NCBI GenBank assembly: GCA_034189065.1
Contig: JAXHVQ010000020.1
Coordinates: forward strand, 1-54,416
Reading direction: 5' to 3'
DNA length: 54,416 bases
Origin: Cyanobacteriota bacterium
GTDB taxonomy: Bacteria > Cyanobacteriota > Cyanobacteriia > Cyanobacteriales > Spirulinaceae
The position numbers were made by a program, and so were the translations under genes. Positions within the stretch are counted from its first letter, which is position 1, and the number at the start of each line of letters is the position of its first letter. Below the pieces are notes generated by a model. It was not told the origin of the DNA and did not search any database. It saw only the letters and a list, made by a program, of their open reading frames with translations. Shown in pieces: positions 37,501 to 47,515 of this stretch.

Positions 37501-38802
37501 CTACTCATTCTCCACTAAAACTTCTACTGCTCGTTCTTTTTGCGGATCGGCTCCTTCCGCGTATTCTAAAGCAAAAGGAACCACAATATCCGGCGTAACG
37601 CCAACTCCTTCTAAGCGCGTCTCCCCGTCCACATAAACATCGGTGACAGCAACATACAACAAACTACCATCCGCCATTAAAAATGACCGTCCGGCAACCA
37701 CTGCACCGGGAGTTTTCGTCCCAACTACCGGTCCAATTTCATACTGTTGAAACCCATAGGCAAAAATTTCCTTTGCACTACGACTTTTTTCATTAACTAA
37801 CATAACCACCGGCTTCTCCCAACTCGCAACGTAGGTATAGCGTCTGCCGTCGCGCAAAACACTCGTCAAACTCGGTCCTCTTGCCGTGAAAATATTGAGA
37901 TAATTCAGCGTTCCGCCGCCCCAACCTTCTCTCAAATCTAAAATTAAACCATCTGCATTTTTTAGACGACCGTACAGCAGTTCCCGTTCGAGTAATTCTT
38001 GGTATTGGTCGCCGGCATAAGACCAAATATGAATATAACCAATTTGCTTGCCGCTGCGCGGTATAATTTGAATGCTTGCCTCCATTGCATCGAGAAACAT
38101 TTTAGTCGCATCCAACTGTTTGGGGGTGGCGGTTAAGGTTTGGAAATTGTCAGGCGATCGCTCTATTTTTATCTCAACTTCTTCGCCTGCTTTATCAGCA
38201 AAGGAGTTAATAGGATGAAAAGGATCGTCGTCAACGCTAAGGATGCGATCGCCAACTAACAACCCCGCTTGTTCTGCCGGACTGCCGTCAAAAATCGCCC
38301 TCACAAATGTTTGTCCGTCGGTGTCCTGGGTGACGATGCCAATGCCGCTATAACTAATGCCGCGAGATTCGACTTTGCCTTCGGGAAAGGCAGATTGTAC
38401 CTCTTCTAGGAGTTTGTCATCTCTGGGGGCAAATATGCCCAAAAGTTGGTAATAGGCGGGTTCTTCGGGCGTATAGAGGTGAGTGTGCGAAGTATCCAAC
38501 TCCGATAGCATCTCATTGATAATGGCTGCGGCTTCTTCGTCGGACTGCGCTTGTTGCACTCGCGGTTCGTACTTTTGTTGCATGGCAACCCAGTCTACGC
38601 CGTTGAAATCTGGGTCGAAAAAAGACTCGTCGATGGTTTGCCAAACTTGGTTAAAGACTTCTAAATGCGATACATCTGTTGCGGAACGGACGGGGGACAC
38701 AAACCAGGATAAAACCGCCACGCACAGACTCAGCGCGATCGCCGTTAAAATTCGACTTTTTCTTGACACCGGAAGTGTTTTATGCACCCGCATTTGCCTC
38801 AA
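37501..38802 (-). CDS. S41 family peptidase with PDZ domain
   Basis: 433 aa; signal/TM N-terminus; PDZ-like GDRILSVDD; S41-like core. Confidence 0.75.
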   Translation of the reverse strand: MRQMRVHKTLPVSRKSRILTAIALSLCVAVLSWFVSPVRSATDVSHLEVFNQVWQTIDESFFDPDFNGVDWVAMQQKYEPRVQQAQSDEEAAAIINEMLSELDTSHTHLYTPEEPAYYQLLGIFAPRDDKLLEEVQSAFPEGKVESRGISYSGIGIVTQDTDGQTFVRAIFDGSPAEQAGLLVGDRILSVDDDPFHPINSFADKAGEEVEIKIERSPDNFQTLTATPKQLDATKMFLDAMEASIQIIPRSGKQIGYIHIWSYAGDQYQELLERELLYGRLKNADGLILDLREGWGGGTLNYLNIFTARGPSLTSVLRDGRRYTYVASWEKPVVMLVNEKSRSAKEIFAYGFQQYEIGPVVGTKTPGAVVAGRSFLMADGSLLYVAVTDVYVDGETRLEGVGVTPDIVVPFALEYAEGADPQKERAVEVLVENE

Positions 38803-39072
38803 TTCAACACTCGATCGAGGGACGACATCGCGCGCTCATTGTTCCCGGGGCGTTGCGGCCGCGATCGCGCTACACTAACTTTATCAAATTTGCGTATTTT
38901 AAATTTCAGATAAGCTAACAATTTTTGGGACTATGGTACAAGCACCGACTCAAAATCTCACTTTAGAGAAATTTATAAAACCAGCTTGAGCGAACGGCAG
39001 AAACGCGCTGAGATATTGTAAAATTGATTCAAACGTAGAGATCGAACCAAAAAAGATTTAGACGATATTGAT

Positions 39073-39333
39073 TTGGTTTTGAAAAACTATCAAGATGGTG
39101 AGCGAGTATATGCGGAACTTACAGATGAAGTCGCAAACGGAACTCTTAAATTTTTGGATGCCTCAATTTATTTACTCGGACGGGATATTCGCGAAATTTT
39201 CCGAGACGAGACGAGCGCTCAACTCAAAAATCTCTTAGCCAAACTTCAACCTAGTACAGAAGAAGATTCCGATTCCCTAGAGTCTCAACTCGCAATTCTT
39301 GAACTGGGAATCGACGGCGTTATCTCAGAGTAG
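39073..39333 (+). CDS. hypothetical acidic protein (TTG start)
   Basis: ORF only. Confidence 0.3.
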   Translation: MVLKNYQDGERVYAELTDEVANGTLKFLDASIYLLGRDIREIFRDETSAQLKNLLAKLQPSTEEDSDSLESQLAILELGIDGVISE

Positions 39334-39398
39334 GCGCGATCGCGGATTTCATAAAAATGAAACTCAAATAAAGTATCCCTTTTAGTAAAACTCCAACC

Positions 39399-40001
39399 CT
39401 ACAGCGGAATTAACTCGGGAAAATTCAATAAAACTTGTTCGTCTGTTAACTCATCGCCCAATTGCGCGGGAGAATAATGAACTTGAATCGCGCGCAGTCG
39501 TTCTTGATAATGTAAATTTATCAACGCTTTAAGTCCCGTTTCCAACGCATCAATTTCGGCAAGATCGGTTTCCAATTCTGGAACTTCCCCCTCGCAAGCC
39601 GCCGTTATCATCACGACAAGATTGCGCGTCGCGGGTAACGTTAGGGGTTTTCGGGAATCTTCCAAACCCACCTCTGACGAACTTAAGTAGCGCGCTGCCG
39701 AATCGGTAAACAGTTCGGTGACGTAATCTCCCGCTTCCCCTTCATCCCACAATACATCGCCTTCGTTCGCCGCCGAACGCCAAGAGCTACTGTATTCCAA
39801 AAGACTCTGGCAGAGATTGACTAATCCTTCCCCCAAAACGCCGAGATCGCCTTCCGCTTCTTCCACTGCATCCCTCGCTGCTTGGTTGAGAACGCCCAAT
39901 AAAGGGGCAACCTCTTCGCCTCCTAAATGAATGAAGACGCGACAAACCATAAAACGAGTTTTGCCGATAAACTGGTTGAAACGACCGCTCAATCCGCTCA
40001 T
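39399..40001 (-). CDS. conserved hypothetical acidic protein
   Basis: 200 aa ORF with good coding appearance; no family recognised. Confidence 0.45.
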   Translation of the reverse strand: MSGLSGRFNQFIGKTRFMVCRVFIHLGGEEVAPLLGVLNQAARDAVEEAEGDLGVLGEGLVNLCQSLLEYSSSWRSAANEGDVLWDEGEAGDYVTELFTDSAARYLSSSEVGLEDSRKPLTLPATRNLVVMITAACEGEVPELETDLAEIDALETGLKALINLHYQERLRAIQVHYSPAQLGDELTDEQVLLNFPELIPL

Positions 40002-40021
40002 ATCGAACCCTCCTATAGATC

Positions 40022-40807
40022 TTGATGAATAAATATTTGCACGTTTTGGGTTTATTTTGGAGTACCGCGATCGCGGCCGAACTGGAATATCGTCTCAATT
40101 TCCTCATTGCTGCCCTCAGTAGTTTAACGAATCTTGTCGGCAGTATTTTCGGACTTTCTCTGTTTTATCGCAATGGTTATAATTTTCAAGATTGGAAATG
40201 GGAGGAAGCCCTAATTGTTCTCGGTATTTTCACGTTTTTACAGGGCTTTGCGGCTACATTGCTAGCACCCAATCTCAACCGTATCGTCCGCCACGTCCAA
40301 GACGGAACTCTCGATTTTGTTCTTCTCAAACCCATTAGCAGTCAATTTTGGCTTTCTTGTCGCACGATTTCTCCCTGGGGACTGCCAGATTTAGTCTTTG
40401 GAACGATTATGGTTTTTTATGCGGGGACGCGCCTCAATCTCAATCCTGTGAATTATTTGGCAAGTGTATTTCCCTTATGTTTGGGCTTAATTATTCTCTA
40501 TTGTCTCTGGTTTATGTTGGGCGCGACGAGTATTTGGTTTGTCAAAATTTATAACGTGACTGAAGTGTTGCGCGGCTTTTTAGAGGCGGGGCGTTTTCCA
40601 ATGGTAGCTTATCCGGCGAGTTATCGCGTCTTTTTTACCTTTGTAATTCCCGTGGCTTTTTTGACAACGGTTCCAGCAGAGGTGATGTTAGGTCGGACGC
40701 GATATCCTTGGATTGTAGGTGCGACTTTTCTAGCGATTGCTCTCCTGTTTATTGCCAAATGGTTTTGGCAGTTTGCTTTGCGTTTTTATACTAGCGCTTC
40801 GAGTTAG
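40022..40807 (+). CDS. ABC-2 family transporter permease (DUF990-like)
   Basis: 261 aa, 6 TM helices; ABC-2 pattern. Confidence 0.7.
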   Translation: MMNKYLHVLGLFWSTAIAAELEYRLNFLIAALSSLTNLVGSIFGLSLFYRNGYNFQDWKWEEALIVLGIFTFLQGFAATLLAPNLNRIVRHVQDGTLDFVLLKPISSQFWLSCRTISPWGLPDLVFGTIMVFYAGTRLNLNPVNYLASVFPLCLGLIILYCLWFMLGATSIWFVKIYNVTEVLRGFLEAGRFPMVAYPASYRVFFTFVIPVAFLTTVPAEVMLGRTRYPWIVGATFLAIALLFIAKWFWQFALRFYTSASS

Positions 40808-40826
40808 ACGGCGAATAGGCAATCGC

Positions 40827-41198
40827 TTATCGTTTGAGAGAAAGGGGAAGATTAACGATTTGGTCGCAATATTCGTCGTCAAAGGCAGCTTTTGCAATTA
40901 AAATCAATTCTTTTAAATTTTCTCCAACACTCAAATCCGCTCCTAAAATTAAAATGCCTGGAATGTGACGACCCTCTGCCAGATGATCTGCTAAATGTAC
41001 CGGCATAGATTTCCGGTTGTTGGTGACGAGAATAAATTGATTGTCTTCGCACCAAACTAGAATTTCCGGATCTAGCGTTCCTTTGGGTGGCACGCCTGGA
41101 TCTCCGATGCTCCACATCGTGAAATTGGGCGCTTTTAGCAGAAATTGTTGGCGATAAACAGGATCGACATTTTCGTCTAAAAGGTATTTTATTGTCAT
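40827..41198 (-). CDS. DUF5615 (PIN-like) protein, second copy
   Basis: N-terminus MTIKYLLDENVDP is the canonical DUF5615 start. Confidence 0.75.
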   Translation of the reverse strand: MTIKYLLDENVDPVYRQQFLLKAPNFTMWSIGDPGVPPKGTLDPEILVWCEDNQFILVTNNRKSMPVHLADHLAEGRHIPGILILGADLSVGENLKELILIAKAAFDDEYCDQIVNLPLSLKR

Positions 41199-41338
41199 AA
41201 AGTCCTCCTTAATTTAAAAAAAACTGTCCAGAAAGAACAGCCTTAGATTAGGTTTACAATATTGAATTTTTACTTTCCTGCGATTATAGCAGAATTATTG
41301 AGTTTCAATGACGTATTTATTGTAAAATGATGTAAGTT

Positions 41339-41689
41339 TTAGCGCTCTACCTCCCGCTCTTGCGCTTTCTCCATTGCTTCTTGTTCTTCTTTAAATTTTA
41401 TCAATTTCTGAACGACGGGCGATGGATTCAGACGTTGCTCTTCGCGCACTTTTCGACTCCACTGCAACCAATCGGTAAGATAAGCAGTGACTTCCTCTTT
41501 ATTATGGAGATAATAAAGGACGGTCGCATAAACTTGCTCCAACGTCAAAGAGGGATAAGTTTGAGCGATTTGCTCGGGGGGGCGACTGCGATGAATAAAG
41601 TCATAGAGGACAGTCTCGATTCCAATTCTCGTTCCTTTCAGACGAATATCGTCAGGTCTTAAAAAGTTAAAGTAGTCTTCGAGTTGCAT
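41339..41689 (-). CDS. DUF433 domain protein, second copy
   Basis: 116 aa; DUF433 core (RIGIETVLYDF...YPSLTLEQVYATVLYY). Confidence 0.75.
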   Translation of the reverse strand: MQLEDYFNFLRPDDIRLKGTRIGIETVLYDFIHRSRPPEQIAQTYPSLTLEQVYATVLYYLHNKEEVTAYLTDWLQWSRKVREEQRLNPSPVVQKLIKFKEEQEAMEKAQEREVER

Positions 41690-41836
41690 GGGAGATTTTT
41701 AGAATCCATCTCTCAATCGTAACAGGGGAGGGCAGCAACAAGCAAACACTCCTCAAGCTTAAAGAAAGATAAAAGAAACCGACCGACTCCCCCCGTCGAG
41801 TTCCATAATAAAAGAACGGGACTGAAGGAGATTCTG

Positions 41837-44392
41837 TTGATGACGCTCAATCGTCTTGTTCCAACGCTTAACCCCAACGTCACCGAGGAAATTCGCGTTT
41901 TTGGGACGGTACAAGGGGTTGGCTTTCGGCCAACAGTTTACCGCCTTGCTAACGAATGCGGGTTGTGCGGCGAGGTGAGTAATGATGGGTCGGGGGTGTT
42001 AATTTTAGTTACAGGCGATCGCGAAACCCTTGACAATTTTGTCCAGCGATTACAGCAAGAACAGCCGCCGCTGGCTAACATTGAATCCATTGTCCGTCGG
42101 CAGGACCGCGATCGCAACTTTTCCAATTTTCGCATCATTTCCAGCACGCCCAGTGCCATCCGCACTCAAATTGCCCCCGATGCAGCCACCTGTCCCGCCT
42201 GCAAAGGGGAAACCTTCGATGCTTCCAGCCGTTGGTATCGCTACCCCTTCACCAACTGCACCCACTGCGGCCCTCGTTTGAGTTTAATCCAAAAACTGCC
42301 CTACGATCGCGCCAACACCAGCATGGCTGCTTTTACCCTCTGTCCCGGCTGCCAGCAGGACTACGAAACCCCCACCAACCGACGCTTTCACGCCCAACCG
42401 ACAGCTTGTCCAACCTGCGGCCCTCGCGTTTGGTTAGAACGCGCCGACGGTAATCCTTGCAACCTTTCCCACTCTGACGCGATAAGTGCCGTTTTGCCGC
42501 TGCTGCAAGGGGGAAATATTGTTGCGATTAAAGGGTTGGGCGGCTTTCACCTTGCCTGCGACGCGACTAATGCAGAAGTCGTTGGGAAATTGCGCGATCG
42601 CAAACATCGTCCCGATAAACCTTTAGCATTAATGGCGCGCGATGTCAAGGTTATTTCTCAATGTTGTCTCTTAACAGAAGCAGAAAAAGAACTCCTGCAA
42701 AGTTCCGCCGCCCCCATTGTTTTGTTGAAAAAGAAAGAAGAATGCGATCGCGCGTTTATTCTTCCCGAAAATATCGCGCCGGGACTCAATATTGTGGGTT
42801 TCATGCTGCCGTATACTCCCCTCCATCATCTCCTAATGGAAAATTGCGATCGCCCCCTCGTTTTCACCAGCGGCAATCGTTCGGGGGAACCTCAGTGTAT
42901 CGGTAACGAAGAAGCACGACAAAAATTAAGTCAAATTGCCGACTATTTTCTCTTGCACAATCGCGAAATTATTAATCGAATCGATGATTCTGTCGCGCGC
43001 GTTATTCTATTGGGAAAGGTAGAGGGCAGAGGGCAGAAGGCAGAAGGGGAGGGAACTATAAATAAGAAGGAGGAAAGTTATGGAGTTGAAAGAAGGAAAA
43101 AAAGTGCGAGTGAATGCAAAATCAACTCTGCAACAAATATTTTTTTAACCCATAAAGCTCAATCCTCGAAAAGCGATCGAATCCAAATTTTGCGACGCGC
43201 TAGGGGATACGCCCCCGCCCCCATTTCTCTTCCACCGGGTTTTGAGAAAGCGTCGCCAATTTTGGCAATGGGAAGCGAGTTGAAAAATACCTTTTGTTTG
43301 CTACGACAAGGACAAGCTATTCTTTCGCAACACTTAGGCGATTTAGAAAATGCGTCGGCTTCCCGAGCTTATCAAGAATCCCTCAACTTATACTTACAGC
43401 TTTTCGAGCATCAACCGACAACTATCGCCATCGATCGACATCCCGAATACCAGTCGAGCAAACTTGGAAAAGAACTCGCTTGCGCTAACTCTCTCAACCT
43501 TGAAATTGTCCAACATCACCACGCCCATGTTGCTGCTTGTATGGCCGATAATGGCATATCTTTAGACGCACCGCCCGTTTTAGGAATTGCTTTAGATGGA
43601 TTGGGATACGGCGAAGATGGTATATTATGGGGAGGAGAATTTTTATTGGCGGATTATCGGAACTTTCAGCGTTTGGCAACGTTTAAACCCATTACAATGT
43701 TAGGAGGAGAACAGGCAATTTATCAGCCGTGGCGCAGTACCTACGCGCATTTGAGAGAAGCTGGCATAATGCCTTCCCTAGCCAAGAGAGTTGGGGGAAA
43801 GGGAAATTTGGAACTGTTTCGATTTCTACAGCAAAAACCTCTAAAAATTCTCGATCGCATGGCAGAAAAAAGAATTAACTCGCCCCTTGCATCGTCCTGC
43901 GGGCGGTTGTTTGACGCGGTTGCAGCGGCGATGGGAATTTGTCGGGAGTCGTGTCATTATGAGGGACAAGGGGCAATGCAACTGGAAACGCTAGCTTATG
44001 GCTATATCTTAAACAACTCTGAAGAAATTGAGAGTTATCCTTTTAGTGTGGGACAAATAGAAGGTGTCCAATTGCCTTATCTCGAACCGCAGCCGATGTG
44101 GGAGGTGTTACTGGACGATTTATACGAGGGAACAGACCTTTCGTTGATAGCGGCAAAATTTCACCTCGGTTTAGCGGATGCGATCGCGGCAATGGTTTCT
44201 TTCCTTCAAAATTGCGTATCATTTTGTCAAGTGGTTCTGACAGGAGGAGTTTTTCAAAACTATATCTTATTAAAGTTAGTCCGCGATCGCCTCGAATCTC
44301 AAAAACTCGAGGTGCTAACCCATCGTCAAGTTCCCCCCAACGACGGCGGTTTATCCCTCGGACAAGGCGCGATCGCTTGCGCGAGACAGTAA
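41837..44392 (+). CDS. hypF: [NiFe]-hydrogenase maturation carbamoyltransferase HypF
   Basis: acylphosphatase domain, two CxxC...CxxC zinc fingers, YrdC and Kae1-like domains; carries ~55-60 aa in-frame low-complexity insertion. Confidence 0.9.
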   Translation: MMTLNRLVPTLNPNVTEEIRVFGTVQGVGFRPTVYRLANECGLCGEVSNDGSGVLILVTGDRETLDNFVQRLQQEQPPLANIESIVRRQDRDRNFSNFRIISSTPSAIRTQIAPDAATCPACKGETFDASSRWYRYPFTNCTHCGPRLSLIQKLPYDRANTSMAAFTLCPGCQQDYETPTNRRFHAQPTACPTCGPRVWLERADGNPCNLSHSDAISAVLPLLQGGNIVAIKGLGGFHLACDATNAEVVGKLRDRKHRPDKPLALMARDVKVISQCCLLTEAEKELLQSSAAPIVLLKKKEECDRAFILPENIAPGLNIVGFMLPYTPLHHLLMENCDRPLVFTSGNRSGEPQCIGNEEARQKLSQIADYFLLHNREIINRIDDSVARVILLGKVEGRGQKAEGEGTINKKEESYGVERRKKSASECKINSATNIFLTHKAQSSKSDRIQILRRARGYAPAPISLPPGFEKASPILAMGSELKNTFCLLRQGQAILSQHLGDLENASASRAYQESLNLYLQLFEHQPTTIAIDRHPEYQSSKLGKELACANSLNLEIVQHHHAHVAACMADNGISLDAPPVLGIALDGLGYGEDGILWGGEFLLADYRNFQRLATFKPITMLGGEQAIYQPWRSTYAHLREAGIMPSLAKRVGGKGNLELFRFLQQKPLKILDRMAEKRINSPLASSCGRLFDAVAAAMGICRESCHYEGQGAMQLETLAYGYILNNSEEIESYPFSVGQIEGVQLPYLEPQPMWEVLLDDLYEGTDLSLIAAKFHLGLADAIAAMVSFLQNCVSFCQVVLTGGVFQNYILLKLVRDRLESQKLEVLTHRQVPPNDGGLSLGQGAIACARQ
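43015..43190 (+). other. AT/purine-rich in-frame insertion within hypF (GAGGGCAGA repeats; contains out-of-frame SD+ATG mini-ORF MELKEGKKVRVNAKSTLQQIFF)
   Basis: local composition shift; conserved HypF DDSV...RRARGYAP segment split by extra residues. Confidence 0.5.
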
Positions 44393-44450
44393 GTATTAAT
44401 TTGGTTGCAAACGGTTCCGCGTAGGCCAATTTCAACTCTTTCTATTCTCC

Positions 44451-44850
44451 CTTTCTGGGGACATGGCGGAGAGTAATATTATTATGTTGAACTTAAACAA
44501 GCGAAAATGCCGCATTTCTACTTCTTTCCTTCTGGGGACACGGCGAAAAGCAATATGATGATGTTGAACTTAAACAAGGGAAAATGCCGCATTTCTACTT
44601 CTTTCCTTCTGGGGACACGGCGAAAAGCAATATGATGATATTGAACTTAAACAAGGGAAAATGCCGCATTCCTACTTCTTTCCTTCTGGGGACACGGCGA
44701 AAAGCAATATGATGATATTGAACTTAAACAAGGGAAAATGCCGCATTCCTACTTCTTCCCTTCTGGGGACACGGCGAAAAGCAATATGATGATATTGAAC
44801 TTAAACTGAGAAAATGCCGCGTCCCTACTTCTCCCCTTCTGAACCCCTCA
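44451..44850 (+). repeat. five tandem copies of a ~78-bp repeat between hypF and hypC
   Basis: unit CTTCTGGGGACACGGCGAAAAGCAATATGATGATATTGAACTTAAACAAGGGAAAATGCCGCATTCCTACTTCTTTC; starts ~44451, 44528, 44606, 44684, 44760. Confidence 0.85.
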
Positions 44851-44866
44851 ATTCCCAATTCGTACC

Positions 44867-45127
44867 ATGTGCTTAGGAATTCCCGGTCAAATTACTGAAA
44901 TAACCGACATTGAAAACAAACTCGCAATTGTCAATGTCGGTGGCGTAAAACGACAAGTGAATCTTGCCTGTATTGTCGATGACGAACATCCTCTTGAATC
45001 TTGTGTTAGCGATTGGGTCTTAGTTCACGTTGGTTTTGCTCTCAATCGTATCAACGAAGAAGAAGCAGCGGAAACTCTCGACTTGCTGCAACAATTTGAG
45101 GCTTCATTGGCAGTAAAAAACGGCTAA
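44867..45127 (+). CDS. hypC: hydrogenase maturation factor HypC
   Basis: 86 aa; N-terminal MCLGIPGQI. Confidence 0.9.
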   Translation: MCLGIPGQITEITDIENKLAIVNVGGVKRQVNLACIVDDEHPLESCVSDWVLVHVGFALNRINEEEAAETLDLLQQFEASLAVKNG

Positions 45128-45154
45128 AAATTAAGGATAAATGAGGAAGGAATT

Positions 45155-46315
45155 ATGAAGTATGTTGATGAATTCCGCGATCCCAAAAAAGCCAAGGCAT
45201 TAATCCAAAACATCCAACAACTGAGTCGAAAGCTCGAGCAAACTCCGGCAAATCCGCTAAAAGTCATGGAAGTTTGTGGAGGACATACCCACTCAATTTT
45301 CAAGTACGGAATTGAAGATAGTTTGCCCAATAATATCGAACTGATTCACGGACCGGGTTGTCCGGTGTGCGTGATGCCTCGGGGAAAGTTAGATGACGCG
45401 ATCGCGATCGCCCAAAATCCTAACGTTATCTTGGTCACTTTTGGCGATACCCTGCGCGTTCCCGGTTCCCAAAAAAGCTTGCTCCAAGCGAAGGCAGAAG
45501 GGGCAGATATTCGCATCGTTTATTCTCCCTTAGATTGTTTGCCCATCGCCCAACAAAATCCCGACAAAGAAGTGATATTTTTCGCCATTGGGTTTGAAAC
45601 AACCGCACCCAGTACCGCTTTAACCCTCCTCCAAGCGGTTGAAGAAAACATCACGAATTTCAGCCTTTTTTGCAATCACGTTCTCGTCGTTCCTGCCCTC
45701 GAAGCATTACTCAACAACCCCGACTTACAACTCGATGGATTTATTGGTCCGGGTCATGTAAGTACGATAATTGGAACTCAACCCTACGAAGAAATTTGTC
45801 AGACTTATCAGAAACCCATCGTCGTTTCGGGTTTTGAACCTTTAGATATTCTTCAATCAGTATGGATGGTGTTACAGCAATTTCTTGAAGATCGCTGCGA
45901 AGTCGAAAATCAGTACGATCGCTTGGTGCGGGAAAAAGGGAATCGCATCGCTATTGAAGCGATTCATCAAGTGTTTGAAACGCGCGAAAGTTTTGAATGG
46001 CGAGGGTTAGGTGAAATTCCGCGATCGGGATTGAAAGTTCGCTCTCGTTATGCTAAATTTGATGCTGAAACAAAGTTTGCGATTCTCCCCGCTAAGGTGG
46101 ACGACCATGAAGCTTGTCAATGCGGCGAAATTCTCAAAGGCGTGCTGAAACCTTGGGAGTGTAAGGTGTTTGGTACTGCTTGCACTCCAGAAAATCCCAT
46201 CGGTTCTTGTATGGTCTCGTCCGAGGGAGCTTGCGCTGCTTACTACAAATACGGTCGATTGTCAAGCTTAGCCAAGAACTCAAATGCTCAAAATGCTTGC
46301 GCGATCGCGTCGTAG
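45155..46315 (+). CDS. hypD: hydrogenase maturation factor HypD
   Basis: 386 aa; CGGHTH, GPGCPVC and FE..C motifs. Confidence 0.9.
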   Translation: MKYVDEFRDPKKAKALIQNIQQLSRKLEQTPANPLKVMEVCGGHTHSIFKYGIEDSLPNNIELIHGPGCPVCVMPRGKLDDAIAIAQNPNVILVTFGDTLRVPGSQKSLLQAKAEGADIRIVYSPLDCLPIAQQNPDKEVIFFAIGFETTAPSTALTLLQAVEENITNFSLFCNHVLVVPALEALLNNPDLQLDGFIGPGHVSTIIGTQPYEEICQTYQKPIVVSGFEPLDILQSVWMVLQQFLEDRCEVENQYDRLVREKGNRIAIEAIHQVFETRESFEWRGLGEIPRSGLKVRSRYAKFDAETKFAILPAKVDDHEACQCGEILKGVLKPWECKVFGTACTPENPIGSCMVSSEGACAAYYKYGRLSSLAKNSNAQNACAIAS

Positions 46316-46320
46316 TTCCA

Positions 46321-46384
46321 CAGTTCGTAGTAGGGGCTTTAGCCCCTGCAAACAGTTCGCAGTAGGGCCTTAGTCCCCGCAATC
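46321..46384. repeat. two tandem REP elements (second degenerate) between convergent hypD and DUF2235 genes
   Basis: cagttcgtagtaggggctttagcccctgcaa + cagttcgcagtagggccttagtccccgcaatc. Confidence 0.8.
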
Positions 46385-47515
46385 TCATCCCTCTGACTTG
46401 TCCAACAATTCGCCAAACTTCGTCTTTACATTATCTGGGCGATAGTCTGGAATATTCTGCCACCGCACCTTCACGCTTTCGTGGAGGTCGTCAAACTCAT
46501 CGGAAACTTCGCGGACTTTTTTGCCCAAGAGTTGGGTCAGTTTGCCAAAAAAGCCTTGCTCTGTCACTCGGTAATCGACTAAAGGATCGGGGTTCACACC
46601 GGTGGGAATCACATCGGGATCGATCTCGATACCGAGATCCAATTCCCGTATTGAGTCAACCATCCACTTCAAAGTCCCGTCGGCTAAACCACTTTGCTTT
46701 TGCGAGCCACCGCCAACACAACCGTGATCCCCAGGGAACCACTTCTGAATCAGCCTTTGTTCTGGTGCTTTCTCGTTTTTTGCCATGACAGCGACATAAA
46801 AGGTGCTTCGTTGCTCGTCAATAGCGACGGCGTGCAGTGCATTTTGCACAATAGGACTGAGTTGGGAATCGTGGAATTCGTATTTTTGGTTGATCCTGCG
46901 GTCGAGTTTAATGAAGGGGTTGATGTCGGGAATCCCCAAGGAACCTACCGTATCCCAGCACGCCAGCAAAGTAATGGGAACGCGATCGCCATATTTCTCC
47001 GTTTTAACACTGTACTTTTGGCGAAATTCAGCAATATCTGGGTGGTCTGGCTTGAGGCGATTGCGGTATAGCCTGTAGCTTTCCGGGATGTGACGAAGGT
47101 TAGGACGCGATAGCAAACCGGAGTTATACATCAACCCCGCTAGACTACGCACGGTGTAAGCACCGCGACTAAACCCAAACAGGTAAATCTCATCGCCCAA
47201 GGAGTAATTTAGACACAGAAAACGGTATGCGTCCTGAATATTTTGGTCAATTCCTTGACCAAAGGCCCCTCCAGAAATCCGATCGACCTCTTTTTGCGCG
47301 GGAGTACTTCCCCCTGTACCAACCCCTCCATGATAATAGACGGCTTGAGTAATACCGTCTTTAGATTCCGGCTCAATGGCTTGAGCGATTTTGACCACGT
47401 TGGTCGGATAAGGACACTCTAGATTTTGCCATGTTCCATCGCAACAAACAATCAAACGTTTCATTTCATTTTCGCGGCTACAAATTCTCGCTTTCGTTAA
47501 TAATGAGAAAGCCAC
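46385..47515 (-). CDS. DUF2235 alpha/beta-hydrolase domain protein (Tle1 phospholipase-like)
   Basis: 376 aa; N-terminal MKRLIVCCDGTWQN and GFSRGAY nucleophile elbow. Confidence 0.7.
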   Translation of the reverse strand: MAFSLLTKARICSRENEMKRLIVCCDGTWQNLECPYPTNVVKIAQAIEPESKDGITQAVYYHGGVGTGGSTPAQKEVDRISGGAFGQGIDQNIQDAYRFLCLNYSLGDEIYLFGFSRGAYTVRSLAGLMYNSGLLSRPNLRHIPESYRLYRNRLKPDHPDIAEFRQKYSVKTEKYGDRVPITLLACWDTVGSLGIPDINPFIKLDRRINQKYEFHDSQLSPIVQNALHAVAIDEQRSTFYVAVMAKNEKAPEQRLIQKWFPGDHGCVGGGSQKQSGLADGTLKWMVDSIRELDLGIEIDPDVIPTGVNPDPLVDYRVTEQGFFGKLTQLLGKKVREVSDEFDDLHESVKVRWQNIPDYRPDNVKTKFGELLDKSEG

